The notes under the pieces are model-generated. The model was given only the letters and a program-made list of their open reading frames with translations, was not told the origin of the DNA and did no database searches. The translations under genes were made by a program, and so were the position numbers. A stretch of 64,000 nucleotides of DNA from Takakia lepidozioides (taxonomy: Eukaryota > Plantae > Bryophyta). The stretch is from positions 33,356,001 through 33,420,000 of the forward strand of contig CM060731.1 of assembly GCA_030704615.1 (NCBI GenBank), in the 5' to 3' direction. This document shows, one piece after another, positions 1-12,773 of this stretch; the first letter of the stretch is position 1, and the number at the start of each line of letters is the position of its first letter.

Positions 1-619
1 TGTGGGTCATGGACACAGGGCAACATGAAAACCGCGACATTGCTGGTACACATTGCGTGGTTGCTTTCATAGGTGGTTGCTATCATAGATCTCTACATCC
101 AAATATGATCCAAAACTAATTATCTGCCTATGCTCAGACGATTCTGTTCTCTTCGTACAGGGGAAGCCTAATTAAGAAAACCTGTCTTGACGTTTTAGTG
201 CTTTAGGTGTGAGAGTTGTCAGCGTTTGGTGTGAGAGGCAGGTATGGGGTCGGTTGACTGGGATCTTTTTGGCTAGTGTTTTTACAAATTTCTTACTCAG
301 CCAGTAGGATTGGCATGTGCCTCAAAGTGGACTGTCTCAACTAAGAATCACACATTAGAGTAAGATGCTTTCCTCCATATTAGGACATCTGCCCAGCACC
401 CACTCATTCGCATTCGGCAGATGAGTGCACATGGTCAGCTATCAAAGGAGAGACTCATCTGAATTTAAACTCCTACCTGCAACTATATTCACAGACATTT
501 GAGCTATGCCAGATTTCCTGCAAACCTGGGCGTGTATTTCTGGTCCAAAAATATCTCTGCTGGCAGTTTTGAAATGGGTGCTGTCACTTTTGTGTTGATG
601 AAATTTGGCGTGTGTGCAG

Positions 620-1926
620 AGGAACTGCCAGCAGAGGACACTGGGCGTGTGGAGACAGAAGAAGGGTTTCGAGGAACAAGGCTACTCATGGGGCTTCCGA
701 GCCTCGTGGAATCCCTGGCAACACATGCCGTACAGAGTGGGATTGTTCCTCCCAACCCCACTTTTAGCAATGGGACAGTACCCAGATATCCCTGTCCTTC
801 AGCAGGGGAACACACTGTGGACCCGGAAACATTCAAGGTACTTCCCTCAATGCAGCAGGTCACAGAGGCTGCCCTGCCTGATCTGCGCAGTGAGGAAGAT
901 CAAGTTGCAGAAGAGAAAGACAGCACTTCTGCTGAAGCCAGTGGTATGATGTGCCTTTGTTTCCCTAACAGCAGGATCCCAAGTGGTCTGCTGGCCGAGC
1001 AGGGGCCTGAATTATCCGTTGTTGAGGAGCCGGCAAGTGTGCAGCAAGTACAGGATGTTGATATGGGGAGTGTGAAAGGGGAAGAAGGTAAGATGTCCCA
1101 CGGGGCAAGTTGACGAATTTCTCATCATCAAAATTCCAAGACAGCTGGCTGCTACTTTGGTCTTCAAATTTTTCAAAATTGTTTGGTGAAAATTGGAACC
1201 AGGTAAGGTTAGTAAATGTTATGTTGACAGATGTCAAGGCCATTTCTTATTTGGAGTTCATAGAGACAATTTTGCCAAGACAGACAGAGACACACTCATG
1301 TTAAAAGGGTGAGAGGTAGAGAGGTGCAGCTCCTTGTCAGAACTGCGAGCTCTATTCTTACATAATCCTATATGGTTTATAGGTGGTTAGTGGAGCTGTG
1401 TAAAAATGTAGCTTTGTCACTGTGTCCAGGGGGGCCTTAATTCTGTTATTTTCCACATGCAGGGGACAGTGACCAGGACATGCTTGCGTCTGAATCCTTG
1501 ACAGGTCTGCCTGGTCTCATGGAGTTGCCTTCTGTTCACGCAGTTTCATGCAGAGCAGCCCCTCCAGGTATCAGCTCTCATAATGGTAATGAAACCAAGG
1601 TGGTTATTGAAGAAGCTCAAGGAGTATCCGTTACAATGTCCAGCTCATCTACCAAGGAAGTCCAGGATACAGAAACACATACCTGTACTGAGCCAGCTGA
1701 GACAAATTTGACACACGAAGCAGACATGGAGATTGATAGGAGAGTGGAGTTGGAGGAAATAGAAGTTGATTCCCTGTCACGGTTGCGGCATTTGTATGAT
1801 GTTGACATGGAGCAAGGCTTAGATGGTATGTCTGGGGAGCCAAGAATCAAGGAGGAATCGAAGAGGAACACATACCAATTGGGAGCTCAACCCTGGCCTA
1901 CGACATTTAGTGAAGGAATTCCTTAG
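620..1926 (+). CDS. 3' part of an unidentified gene (acidic, low-complexity C-terminus); 5' end probably upstream of these exons
   Basis: ORFs 499-1113 and 1480-1926 join in phase: exon 620-1087 (tgcag|AG...GAAG|gtaaga) and exon 1463-1926 (tgcag|GG GAC...stop). No recognisable domain. Confidence 0.55.
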
Positions 1927-2777
1927 TCTTCAACTCAGCACACAACGTTTCACAGTAATAAAGAGGTCCTGCACTGTGCTGCTCTTCTTATGGTGGTGAA
2001 GGCAAGTTGCTAAATTGGAGGATTTAGCCAGGATAACTGTCTTAGCCATCTGGTGCAACGGTGGTCATCTCAAAAACATTTGTCTGCTATGAGTTGAAAC
2101 ATTGGCTACGTCAACAAATGTTCGTAGCTCCTAGGTTCTTGGCTGCTGGAAGTCTTTTGCAAATGAACTTCGAAAGGATTGGTGGAGGCACTTCCAGATG
2201 CCACCCATCCTCTTGTACCAACCAAGGCGTAAGATGTGTTTGGAAACACCTGCCCTGTCATTGGGGCCTTCCACTACTGTGATAAGTGCACATTTTGTCA
2301 GTGGCACGTGCCCTTTCAATATCTTAATTGGTTTCCAAACCCAGATTTTTGGCAGAAGTTTCAGGTCAGTGCCCAGATGTGTGCCAGGACCCAATACCTA
2401 TAGGTTACTGCATTCAGAATGCTATAAGAACCTGTGCCGGTGATATCAGGGGGCACCCTCAAGTACCCAAACCATGCAGGAATCCAAACACCCAGAGTAT
2501 CCCTCCATACTCCGTAACCCACAGTATCCCATACACAGAGTAACCCCACTCCATGTTGGAAAACAAAATTTCCTTGAAAATGGATTGAGCCAGGCATCAG
2601 GTCTTTGCCAATATCTCTGCTGAAGTCTACACCCTGACCTCCCACTCATTTCTTGAACCAAGAAGCATAGAGAGCACGACAAATGAGATCTTGGCTTATT
2701 GAAATGGTGGTAGGAATAATTCAGCTGCTAAAAGTACAATTTTTCTACACCAGTGGTAGAACGGGCTATGCAGGGGG

Positions 2778-5700
2778 CTAATGTTTGTGGGCCACAGGAC
2801 AATTGGCTTCATGAGCCTTTCCCCCACGACCATGGGTCACAGGACAGTGACTGTCATGAGATTTATTGTCATGAGATTTATCACTCACAACGGGACACGT
2901 CTTGTCGTGACACTTTACACCGCCCCCAACCTTATCAAGCTTCAAACTAAGCGACTTTCTTCGCTCAGGTGGTGGGAGGGGTGATGGTGCAGGCCTTGAC
3001 CCACCCGCGCCATACCCAGCACAGTTTTTCCCACTTGCAGAACTTGTAGGATTTGTGAAATCAGGCTGCCCTGTTGATGTCACACAGCGGTGATACATGT
3101 TGCTATTGGGGTCCACCATTCGAGGTTTCCTTATGACTTCCGGAATTGGCAGGAAACAATAGTGAGTGTTCACCAGACCCACCGTGATGTTCGTATAACC
3201 CGCAAAAGCTCCATGGACCTGCCTCATCCATCCACAAGTGTCAATATAAGATCTGTCATCAGGGGGTTGGGGGTAGGTGACATTTGTAGCTAAGGAACAC
3301 CAGCCAGATTACTAATAGCGATTCGAGCAAAACCAAAGACCCAGCACCCAGTGTGGCCCAAATGTGTCCTCGTATGAATCTAAAGATGTAGATCTAGTGT
3401 TACTGGAGACCATGTGACTGATTGAGTAACTTCCCCACTTGGAACCAAGGTTCTGGCATTCTTCTTTAATGATGTTTACAATTGCTGTGGTGACCTGAAT
3501 AACTAAAGACAGCCACAAGGTCGGCCCGCACAATTTGTTGCAGAGTTGCATTGGAGCCACATACAGAGAATGAAGTCCCTACTGGATGCTTTAAGGCTGC
3601 CACCTCCTGCGAGGAAGTGATACTTCTTTATTTACCACTTCATCACTTTAGTTGTCTATTCCTTCACCAGAGACTTGGAACCCAAGTTGGTTCTACAGTG
3701 TGGCCCTATGCACCAAGGGGTGCAGCCTAAAAAGGTACACGTTGATAACCTCAATAGAGTAGTCCACTGTGTAAGACTGGACAGTAGGCCACCCACAATG
3801 GTCTTAACCCACATTCACACTAAAGCAAGCCATCCAACAACCCAGGTTCAACTAGCAAGTTTGTTGTTCCAGGTTGACTATGTAGTAAGACATACCGCAT
3901 TTTGGCCAAGAATGCTGCAAAAAATGTGGTCCGAGGAATTACAAGCCCTTGCACGAATCATGTAGGTCGGGTCAATGTATTTTACATCGACACTAAGCTT
4001 TATGCCACCAAAGTGATCCTTCACCTGCCAACCAGACCACGCCTATTTAGATGTCAAACTGAATTTCTGATGAGACTGTAAACTACCTGTCCCATGAGCT
4101 TTTGGGAGCTTAGTGTTATGCTTTCATCCAAGACATCAATCAGATACCAAGAAAGGTCCAAGCACAACAGGACCAATTCATGTGTGCTTCCAGATGGCAT
4201 GTAAAGCAGTCAAAGGACTCTGGGCACTGTGAGGGAAAACCTTGCCGTAGAACCACTTGCCAACATCACCAAGAATTGGATTCCCGGAGGCATCCACACC
4301 CCCAACCCCCTCCAAAAGGTCCTGAAATCCGAAGCTGGCACACTCGTAAGAAACTTTCATGTAGAGTGCTCTAAGCATCTGTTCCTTACACCAACTAGGT
4401 TGTCAAAATGATGCTACTGGTCCCTATGAAGACTGGTTGATAAAGAATGAGAACTTACTGGGCGTGCACCTCTCAAAGAGGACGCTTGGACTTCATAAAG
4501 AGGCTTATGATCCACAACATATAGCACAGTGAGAACACTGGGAGTAAGGGGGTGAAGCAGCGACCTACCTGCCCAGCGCCCTCTGCAATGACCACAACAC
4601 AAATGCCATTCTTCTCTAATCTTTTCCTCATGTACTCCAAAACACCGTACTTCCCATCCAGCACAAAAGGTACCTGCACCTCATAATGGAACCCTCATGA
4701 AAATTAGCAGTTGCAAATGGCAGGTCAATATATTCTTAAATGTTATTAGTTAAGTTCTCATATCCATCTACAACTCATACTGAAAAGGCACATTTCCATG
4801 CTAACAACCTTTTATCAACTTTGTAATGCCCCAGGTGTTAAGACCACTCCATCCGGTAAGGGTCAAAATCACTTCGACAATGAACTGTTCTGTTTATTGC
4901 TTGCAAACAGAAGAAAAGAAATTCACTTCGGCATGGCTGGATGGTTTGGATTTCAGTTAGTCTGGTCTTTCTTGCTGGAGCAGAAAACAAGGCCTTTTCT
5001 TGCACACAGTTGAGGGTTGCAAACAGTGCGGCACTTGTGATTCTTTGGGTTCTGACCCTGTTGGGTCAGCATTTCTCAGCTTGCCAACATTGTTATGGAA
5101 GTTTTAGATTAAGAGGTTTGTTCAAAGGTGTTTCCCTGTTTCCATCTCAAAAGAAGAATCAAACAAGACAATGCAGGTGACATACTTACCTCTGGAATTA
5201 GGACCACATCTACTTGTCCACTTGCAAGTGTAGCATGCATGGTAATGTACCCACTCTGCCGACCCATCAGTTTCACTATGCCAACCCCGTTGAATGCACT
5301 GCTGGCCTGCAAAAACCAGTTAAAATCATCAAATCAGATGAGAGGAAAATGAAAGAGCAGGAGTAGGGGCCCCAACCAACTTACTGACTTTGAGATAATG
5401 TTAAACACAAACAACCACACGCAGGGACCTGTGACGTCATATCGCACATTTTCAGTGGGTGGTGTCTTGTCGGGATCTTCTGATGCTTATATCTGCTGAC
5501 ATAAAATGCCTTGGCTACTTCAACCTCCAGGAGTCAGGACTGACCTCAATATAAGCAGCATTGATAGCACGCTCAGCCTCCTCAACAGCTGTATCGAAGC
5601 CAAATGTTTTGTCCAAAATTTGGATATCATTGTCAATAGTCTTGGGGATCCCTACCACGACCATCTTCATCTTGCGCTTGTCACACTGCCTCACAGTGAG

Positions 5701-8700
5701 GTACACGTCAATGTCTGCAACCTTTGCCTCTGTCACTGTTGCTGCCTCTAGCCTTGGGATACTCTCTCGTTCTCTTCCTGTCTATAATTGCGTCTATTTG
5801 TTTGTCATTGCAGCAGGAGAAGGTTAAAGTCTTACAGATCATTAATAAATCGAATCTTAGTACACTGGTGATGTCTATGAGCAGTGCTTTATGCAAAAAA
5901 AAATTGAGATGTGGCAGAAAAGAAATCCTAACGAGGAGCATTCAGAAGCTGTGCATAAGTTGATGAATATCAAGGGATGCTTTGCCTGAAGTTCAGTAGG
6001 CTCTTTGGATGGTCCGGTGCAAGCCCTCCAGACCACTCCTTACTTATGTGTCAACTGTGTTCCTGGGCAGGAATTGATAATTATGGATATTTCTGCAATT
6101 GAAGTCAAGAACATTGATGATGCTTACTAACTCACTTGCTCATAGATAGCAGTAGCTCCTGCATGTGACCCGTTTCCACCAATTACAAAAAACATGCTGA
6201 TCTTCCACTCCTGTAGTAAGAGAATGCCCATTTCAAGTTTGTAGCTTCAGCAACATCAACACTTGCTTGCTGAGAATATGCTCATTGAAGAAGTTACCCT
6301 TGCCCTTCTGTTCTTCCTTATTTAAAGCTTAAGCAGTGGTTAAATGTCTCAACATATCCAACTCTAGTGTTCATTCTTTCTTCAAAATCCAACTTGTCTC
6401 ATCAAAAGGTGATTACATTCCATGTTGCCACTACTTTTCACAAGGCAAGAGGAAGGAACTTCACATTGTCCAAAGGATTATAACGTCCGCGGAAAGGAGA
6501 GAAAATGAACAGAAGGGACTTCATGATGTCCACAGAGGGCAACAAGGCTCCACGGGACAGGGTAGAACAAACCAAGAAATACTTCAGAATACATCAAGGG
6601 GAGAGAGAGAGAAAAAGAATAAGAGCACGTATAAAGTCACCTCAAGTTTATCCACAATGTCCTTGAGAGGTGGGCAGCCTCGTGAGACACCCAAAAAGCT
6701 GCCCCCCGCCATGTTGATACGCTGCACAATCTTACGGGTCAGCTGTTGCCACCAACAGACCAGCATGTGAAGTTAGTATTACCGTCACTGATTTGACTTC
6801 AGCTGTGACAAGCACAAAAAGAGCAGAAAAGTGGAGCTCAAATTAAATCCATGGTCTAAATAGGAACCTTCTAACTGCCAAAATGCTGGAGCATGCCTGA
6901 AATGTATGCTTGCATGATGTTCCCATAGAATTATGTAGTATGTAAATGTGGAGATTTTCCATGGACTTTCAGTGAAGATTTTGTTCTTCACTAGACTTCC
7001 TACCTGGGTCACTAGGTGCTATAGTCACCCCTCATGCTGTTATACCCTATTGCACGGCTATGTAGTGGCCGATGAGGCCCATTAACGAACTTGCCTGTGC
7101 AAGCTCAGGAGAAGACTTTTGAGCCACATTGAATGGGTGCGAGGATTGGGGAGGAGTGAAAGGAGACTTACCATGACTGGTGGATAGTTGTTATCAACAA
7201 AGCCTTTGAAACCATACTGGATCCCCAATATGTCCTTCACCCCATATACATCCAGCGAGAACACAGTCTACATGCAAAGCAAACATGCCAGAAACTTAAG
7301 GGTGATAACAGCAGCATTTCCAACAGTTTAGAGCCTGAACAAGAAAGGTAAACATGGACATACAAAGTGTCAATAGCAACCTCACGATGTTATTCTGGCA
7401 GGGGTACCAACTGAGACCAAGCCATGACTGCAAGAAAGCCTGTTGGCCTGCAGCAGAGACTCACCACTGGTTACTGTGTTGGCTCAAATTTGACCTGATT
7501 GCAGCCCTGTGAGACTTACTAAGGTTCAAATCCCTACATGTAGATTCTCATGTCATCCAGAACCCCTCACCTTGAAGGTTTTGTGTAGTTGATTGTTCCA
7601 CCCTTTCTGCCTGAGTTTACTCATCCAACTTCTCATAAGGGAGGATGAGAAACCATCCTGGACAAGTTGCATGAATAGTAACCAGCAATCTAGCCTTCAT
7701 GAAGTTAGCTGATGGCACTGAAATATTATGGTCTGAGGTTTCTAATGGATCAACCACCCTGCAGACCTTGCAAACTGCAAGAGAAGTCCGACCTGCAGAC
7801 AATCGCACACGCAGGTACAAACTGGTACAGACATCTAGGTTTCTAGACCAAGAAATATGAATCATCCACTTCTCGCGTGGCCAAAATACCTGACGAATGA
7901 CATCATTGAGCCCAGGACATAAACCGCCGCATGTCACAATGGCTGCCCTCACCTGTGCCATTCATTCAAATAAGAGAAAATCAGGGGTAATTTTGAATAA
8001 GTAGAAGGTTGCTTGTCCCATGTAGACCATTATTATACAGATATGCTTGACCTCTTGGTTCTATAGGTGGCCATCAATCAGAAAGTGCTCCTTGTGAATT
8101 TTAAAGTCAAGCTACAGTTCATACTCCATTTCAATTTTATCATATATCTGCTCTTGTTTGTTGGAAGAAATGTTGGGAGAAGCATACATTTTCAGGCTGG
8201 AAGTAGATCCAGGCACGGGGCCCTGCACGGCGTGCCCTGCAGCCCACAAGCTTCCTGAACTGTTTCATTTTTTTGTTGCAGATGTAGAAGGCCAAATTCA
8301 AGGTGTTGGGATACCATTTGCCATGACTTTTGAGTTGAATTACCAGTTTCTATCGCTCTCAATTCTCAGATAATTAGTTTGACGTATGAAGGAAGAACAC
8401 TTGTTTCATGACTGAGACCATGCAGCAAGAAATCCTAATGCACGAACTACATGAATCTGAATTAAGAAATAACGAGTTCCTTGTGCATAATATATGAACA
8501 TTGAATGTGCAAACATACCACATAGGCTTGAATTGCCATTCTCCTTTGTCATCAAATTCGATGCCCACGGATGTTGGGTGCCCGAAATGCACCACCTAGC
8601 CCACAAAGGTAAGGGAAGCAGATCCCATTCAGTTCAAATGTTACTTAAAAAGTGGGTGTGAGTCTCAAATGGTCCTTCATATTTGATCAGGTGGAGCAGT

Positions 8701-9815
8701 ACCACGCAGTACACAACTAGGCTACCTGGTTGTGAGCACACGAAAGGGAAAACACAACGATCCATGGCAATTGCTGGGGGTTCTCAGGCTGATTCTGGAA
8801 CACAATCTGAGAGAATAAGTCTTATGTCGCTACAGTGTGTACAAAATCCGCATAAGAGACAAGATACTACCTTGATAAGGACGCGGTCATCGTCATGCAC
8901 ATAAATGCGGCGCATGTCATCGCGATCGGCGCTCTTGGGGCTCAGTATCCCATCTGGTGGGTTACCCCTTCCATCCGTTCCCACCCCAACTCGATCAGCA
9001 ATTCAAGAATTTCTTTTTCACACTCGTCTCTCCCGATCCAGTAACCCCACCCTAAATTTCTCTCGATAGCAAGTGGGCATCAGGTCTGTTGTCACAAACC
9101 CCAAAATTCATGGTCCTACAAGTGCGTACCCCTGCCGAGCGGCCGTCCGTCTCCGCGGAGCGGGAATTTGTTTCGTGCTTTGATTTTTGTTTTATACTGG
9201 TTCCATGTTCTATGTTGCATTCCACATTATGTCCCCCTTCAATCACTCCCTTTCTCTCGACTGGGGTCACCGTCCTTCGGAATCTTCAACCCCTCTCTTT
9301 CAGTCCCAACCTCACTGAATTCCGCTCTCTACTATTCCTGTAAAGTGGAGAGGAACTGTTTTTGAACCGCAAAGATTTTCGACCCTTAAAGTGGACGAAC
9401 TCCTGAAGCTCCTACAAACTTCTCAGACGTTGCCCTGAAAAAAACCTAGAGATCTACCGAATCCTCAAAGTTTCTGGCTACGAAAGCCAATGCGAAGGTT
9501 ATTTCAATACGCCCCCTACTTCCAATACCACCGGTGCTGAGTTTCCGGAGGCTGGGGGCAGAAGCCGAACCCTTCACCCGAGTAGAGTTCGTAAGGCAAA
9601 AAGGCAATGTGCGTTCTTCATTATAACAATTGCCAATCCCAAGGCCTAAGAAAATCAGAACCAGAAATGTACAGAGAGAAAGAGACTGACCCACTCTTGG
9701 TACGATAGGTGGATTGGATGGCAGGTAGATGCTGCTGGTCACCCAGGTGAGGCAGAGCGAAGGGGTCGTTTTGTTCGGGAGTATAAACAAAGTTTCTAGC
9801 CATGCCGCCAGCCAT
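2778..9815 (-). CDS. PFK: ATP-dependent 6-phosphofructokinase, plant group B (PFK5-like), 15 exons
   Basis: Exons: 9815-9691, 9551-9529, 8953-8871, 8595-8519, 8236-8188, 7952-7890, 7267-7172, 6742-6641, 6210-6136, 5685-5545, 5306-5190, 4673-4569, 4321-4241, 4024-3896, 3218-2778; all GT-AG and in phase. Motifs [77 protein letters not shown]. The first three exons are less certain. Confidence 0.93.
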
Positions 9816-10924
9816 GCTCCCACTGCTCTCTCTGGCTGTGTAAGGAGGATTCCAGCGCCTCCTTACCAAATCATCGTAGAAAAAAAAAACTCTTGGTTCC
9901 CTCAAAATCCCAAGATCAGGACATTGTGATGCAGCCTTTCATTTCAATCCATTTCATTACATTACTTTCTTCACATCTTGGGGCCCATGCAAATAATGAC
10001 AAGGGCGATCGTTGCACCATGCTTTGCTGCGGAGGATTGAATGGAACGCACGAGCCTTGCAGAGATTCAAAGCGAGCGCGGGAGAGAGACGACACCCAAG
10101 CCTCCCGAGATCAGACCTTTGACCCCACCGGCACCAGCTCATTGGCTGCAACGGTGGACGGAATCCCTTCATCCCCTTCAATCCCAATTTCATCCACCTA
10201 AACTTTGATATGGATGAAATATTTCCCATCAGCACAGTTGATGCGGGTTCATCCACCGGGATGACCATTTTCCTTAACTTTTCTAAGAATAAGTAAATAT
10301 TTCGAGAATGGGTCACCATAGTGTTGCCATGATGTCATTTAAAATTACCTTAGAATATTATAGGTACCTTGTATTCAGTCCTTTATCAAGCTTCACGCTC
10401 AGGAGGTGGCAGGCTCAAATCCGATTTTTCTCGTATGGCGCTCTTCCTTATCACGACCTTGACAAAAGAATGTCGTCATCCCGGTCCTTCACAGCCTTAG
10501 CTAGTGCTGCACAGTGAGCTCATTCAGCTACTAGTAAAAGTGATTCGTGAAAGTTTGTTTAAGGTCGCCTGGGTTTGAACAGCGGACCAGTAGTGTGCTT
10601 CCCTTGGATATACTATAATAGGACATAAGTATAATCGTATAATCAGGAACATAAGAGGACAGAAATATAAAATAGCAGAAGGTGCGTGGTCAAGGATTGG
10701 TAGGCAGTACAAAGCGTGGGCGGGTTTAAAGGGGCCAAAAGCGAGAGAGGCGTGGAGAGGAAAGCGAAGCAGAACACGCGCGGCCACGCTCCTGCGCTTG
10801 TACACGCGCCACACTGCGCAACCTCGCGGGTAAGCTCACTATCGGCCCCTGCCGTTTAGGATTCCCTTGGACATCACAACGAAACAGATAAGAAGGAGCC
10901 GGATTGTGGGGATCAGGTATAGCA

Positions 10925-11580
10925 TCAAACAAGATTTTAGCACTCAGAGAAAAGAACGTTGTTTGGTCAGTCTTGGGGTCAGTTGCAGGATTCAGAAGAA
11001 ACACTAAATCAGGAGTCGCGGATTCAGTTGGATTCTGTAGAAACAAAGAATAGCCGTCTGGCACTCAGAAGAAAGAGAGGAGTCGGGTCAGTCTTGCAAA
11101 TTGTTTTGTTGCATTCAGTAGAAACAAAGACGATTTTAGCAGTCTTAGCACTGAGAAGACAGAACATGTTTTTTCGAAAGTGTTTGGTCAGACTTGGTTT
11201 CAGTAGATTCTGAAGAACAGATCGCGAGTCGCGGATCGGGAGTCGCGGATTCAGTAAAAACAAACAACGATATTAGCGCAGTCTAGCACTCAGATGAAGA
11301 ACATGTTGAAGAGTTTGGTTTGTCGTGGATTCAGTTGGTCAGTAGAAACAACGAAGATATTAGCAGTCGAGAACTCAGATGAACATTTTGAAGAGTTGGT
11401 TTAGTCTTGGATTCAGTGCAAACAAAGAAAAGTTTAGCAGTCTAGCACGCAGAAGAATGAATGAAGAGGTTGGTTAGTCTTGGATTCAGTTGGATTCAGT
11501 ACAAACAAAGAAGATTTTAGCAGTGACTGTCTTGCATTCAGAAGCAACAACTTGAAGAGTTGGATTCAGTTGGCTTCAGA
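10925..11580. repeat. Degenerate tandem array, about 7 units of roughly 75-135 bp
   Basis: Recurring core GGATTCAGT...AAACAAAGAAGATTTTAGCAGTCTAGCACTCAGAAGA...GAAGAGTTGG near 10927, 11041, 11122, 11258, 11346, 11420 and 11502. Confidence 0.85.
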
Positions 11581-11987
11581 AATGAAATGAAATAACGTCC
11601 GAGGCAAGCTCCAAGAGCTTACGGTACAAGATGGAAGAAGAAGAAAGCCCGACCACGTCTTGGTTCTGGTAGATTCGCGAGCAACAGAGTTCAACGTCCA
11701 GAGATTTACAGACGGACAATGCACAACGTTCTCAAAGCGGCGTGGAATTTGTTTTGTTGAGAAGAGCGAGATTTGGCAAATGAAACGAATTAGGAGAAAG
11801 AGAAGGAGAGGGAATTTACTGCAGTGTAGTGTCCGGGACCTGGGGGCAGAGAGAGCGCATTGAAGAGTTGGAGAAGATTGGGAAATATGCAGGGGGGAAG
11901 CAAAGACAAATGATAGAGCAAATTACGATATTGAGAGTGTTTTTGTTCGAACGCTTGCACGCAATGTGGAGCAATCTGCTGCAAAAG

Positions 11988-12350
11988 ATGTACTCATAAG
12001 ACATTGTTTGCCGTAGGCTTACAGTGGCCACAGACCCCGCGCCTAGTTTGGGCGGAACAAATGGGAACAGATACTACCTTTGTGAGGGGCTCACTCCGGT
12101 AGTGTGACTTACCTTGATTAAACAGCTGGTTCGGATCCTCTAGAAAGTCGTTCACACAAGCATTAAATTGCTGTGTGTGAGCTGCCCAGCAATCAGACCC
12201 CAACAGGCTTTAAGCTCAGCCTCAAGATTTTCAAAGTTGGTCAACAGAGGCGCGGGGACAATGTTCTTGATGGTCCTGAAATCTGCTGCAAAGAGAGGGG
12301 TACAAGGTATAGACACAGTGAATTGTGTGTACGCTTGTTTGTCACGGTCG
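11988..12350 (-). mobile_element. 5'-truncated non-LTR retrotransposon 3' end (family A)
   Basis: ORF 11994-12203 (HTQQFNACVNDFLED...PLTKVVSVPICSAQT...TANNVL*) is homologous to ORF 24275-24664, and the DNA aligns to 15235-15420 and 24225-24590. Confidence 0.7.
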
Positions 12351-12773
12351 TTTTTGTCCAGTCTGTCTCAGCTCTGCTTTTTTAGTGCGTATATCCTTGA
12401 CTCTAATATTCCATCTGTATTTTCGTACTTGCACTCACCTCGTCGGTGCTTCTGTGTAGTCACTTTATGAAAGCTGAGTCTCTTTGATAGCTGTTAAAGT
12501 ATCTACTTCAAATTCATCTTTGTCTATGCTTCAATTCATCTCTTGTGCACCTGATTAGACTAAGAAAACAATGAAGACGTGAATAATCGGAGGCACGGTG
12601 ATCGGGATTACATGGTGTTTCCGCCCTGCTCTTTAAGGATGCAAGAAAGGTAGAGGAAGAAATGGCATTGGGCTTATAGCTAGGGGACAGAGGACCTGTG
12701 TTACTAAACTGAGAAATTCACACGCCCAGAGCAAACGTTCTGCAGAAGGTGACGTGGACTATAGGTAGTCGAT

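Noticed and set aside
945-973. Apparent GTATGA...CAG mini-intron in the first gene
   Set aside because: Only about 29 nt, and the reading frame is open straight through it.
9925-10878. Possible solo LTR (TGTGATG...CATCACA)
   Set aside because: Flanks GACAT and ACGAA are not a TSD, and there is no PBS/PPT or second copy in the window.
10925-11580. CRISPR-like look of the repeat array
   Set aside because: Units are degenerate along their full length, with no unique spacers and no cas genes, in a eukaryotic intron-rich context.
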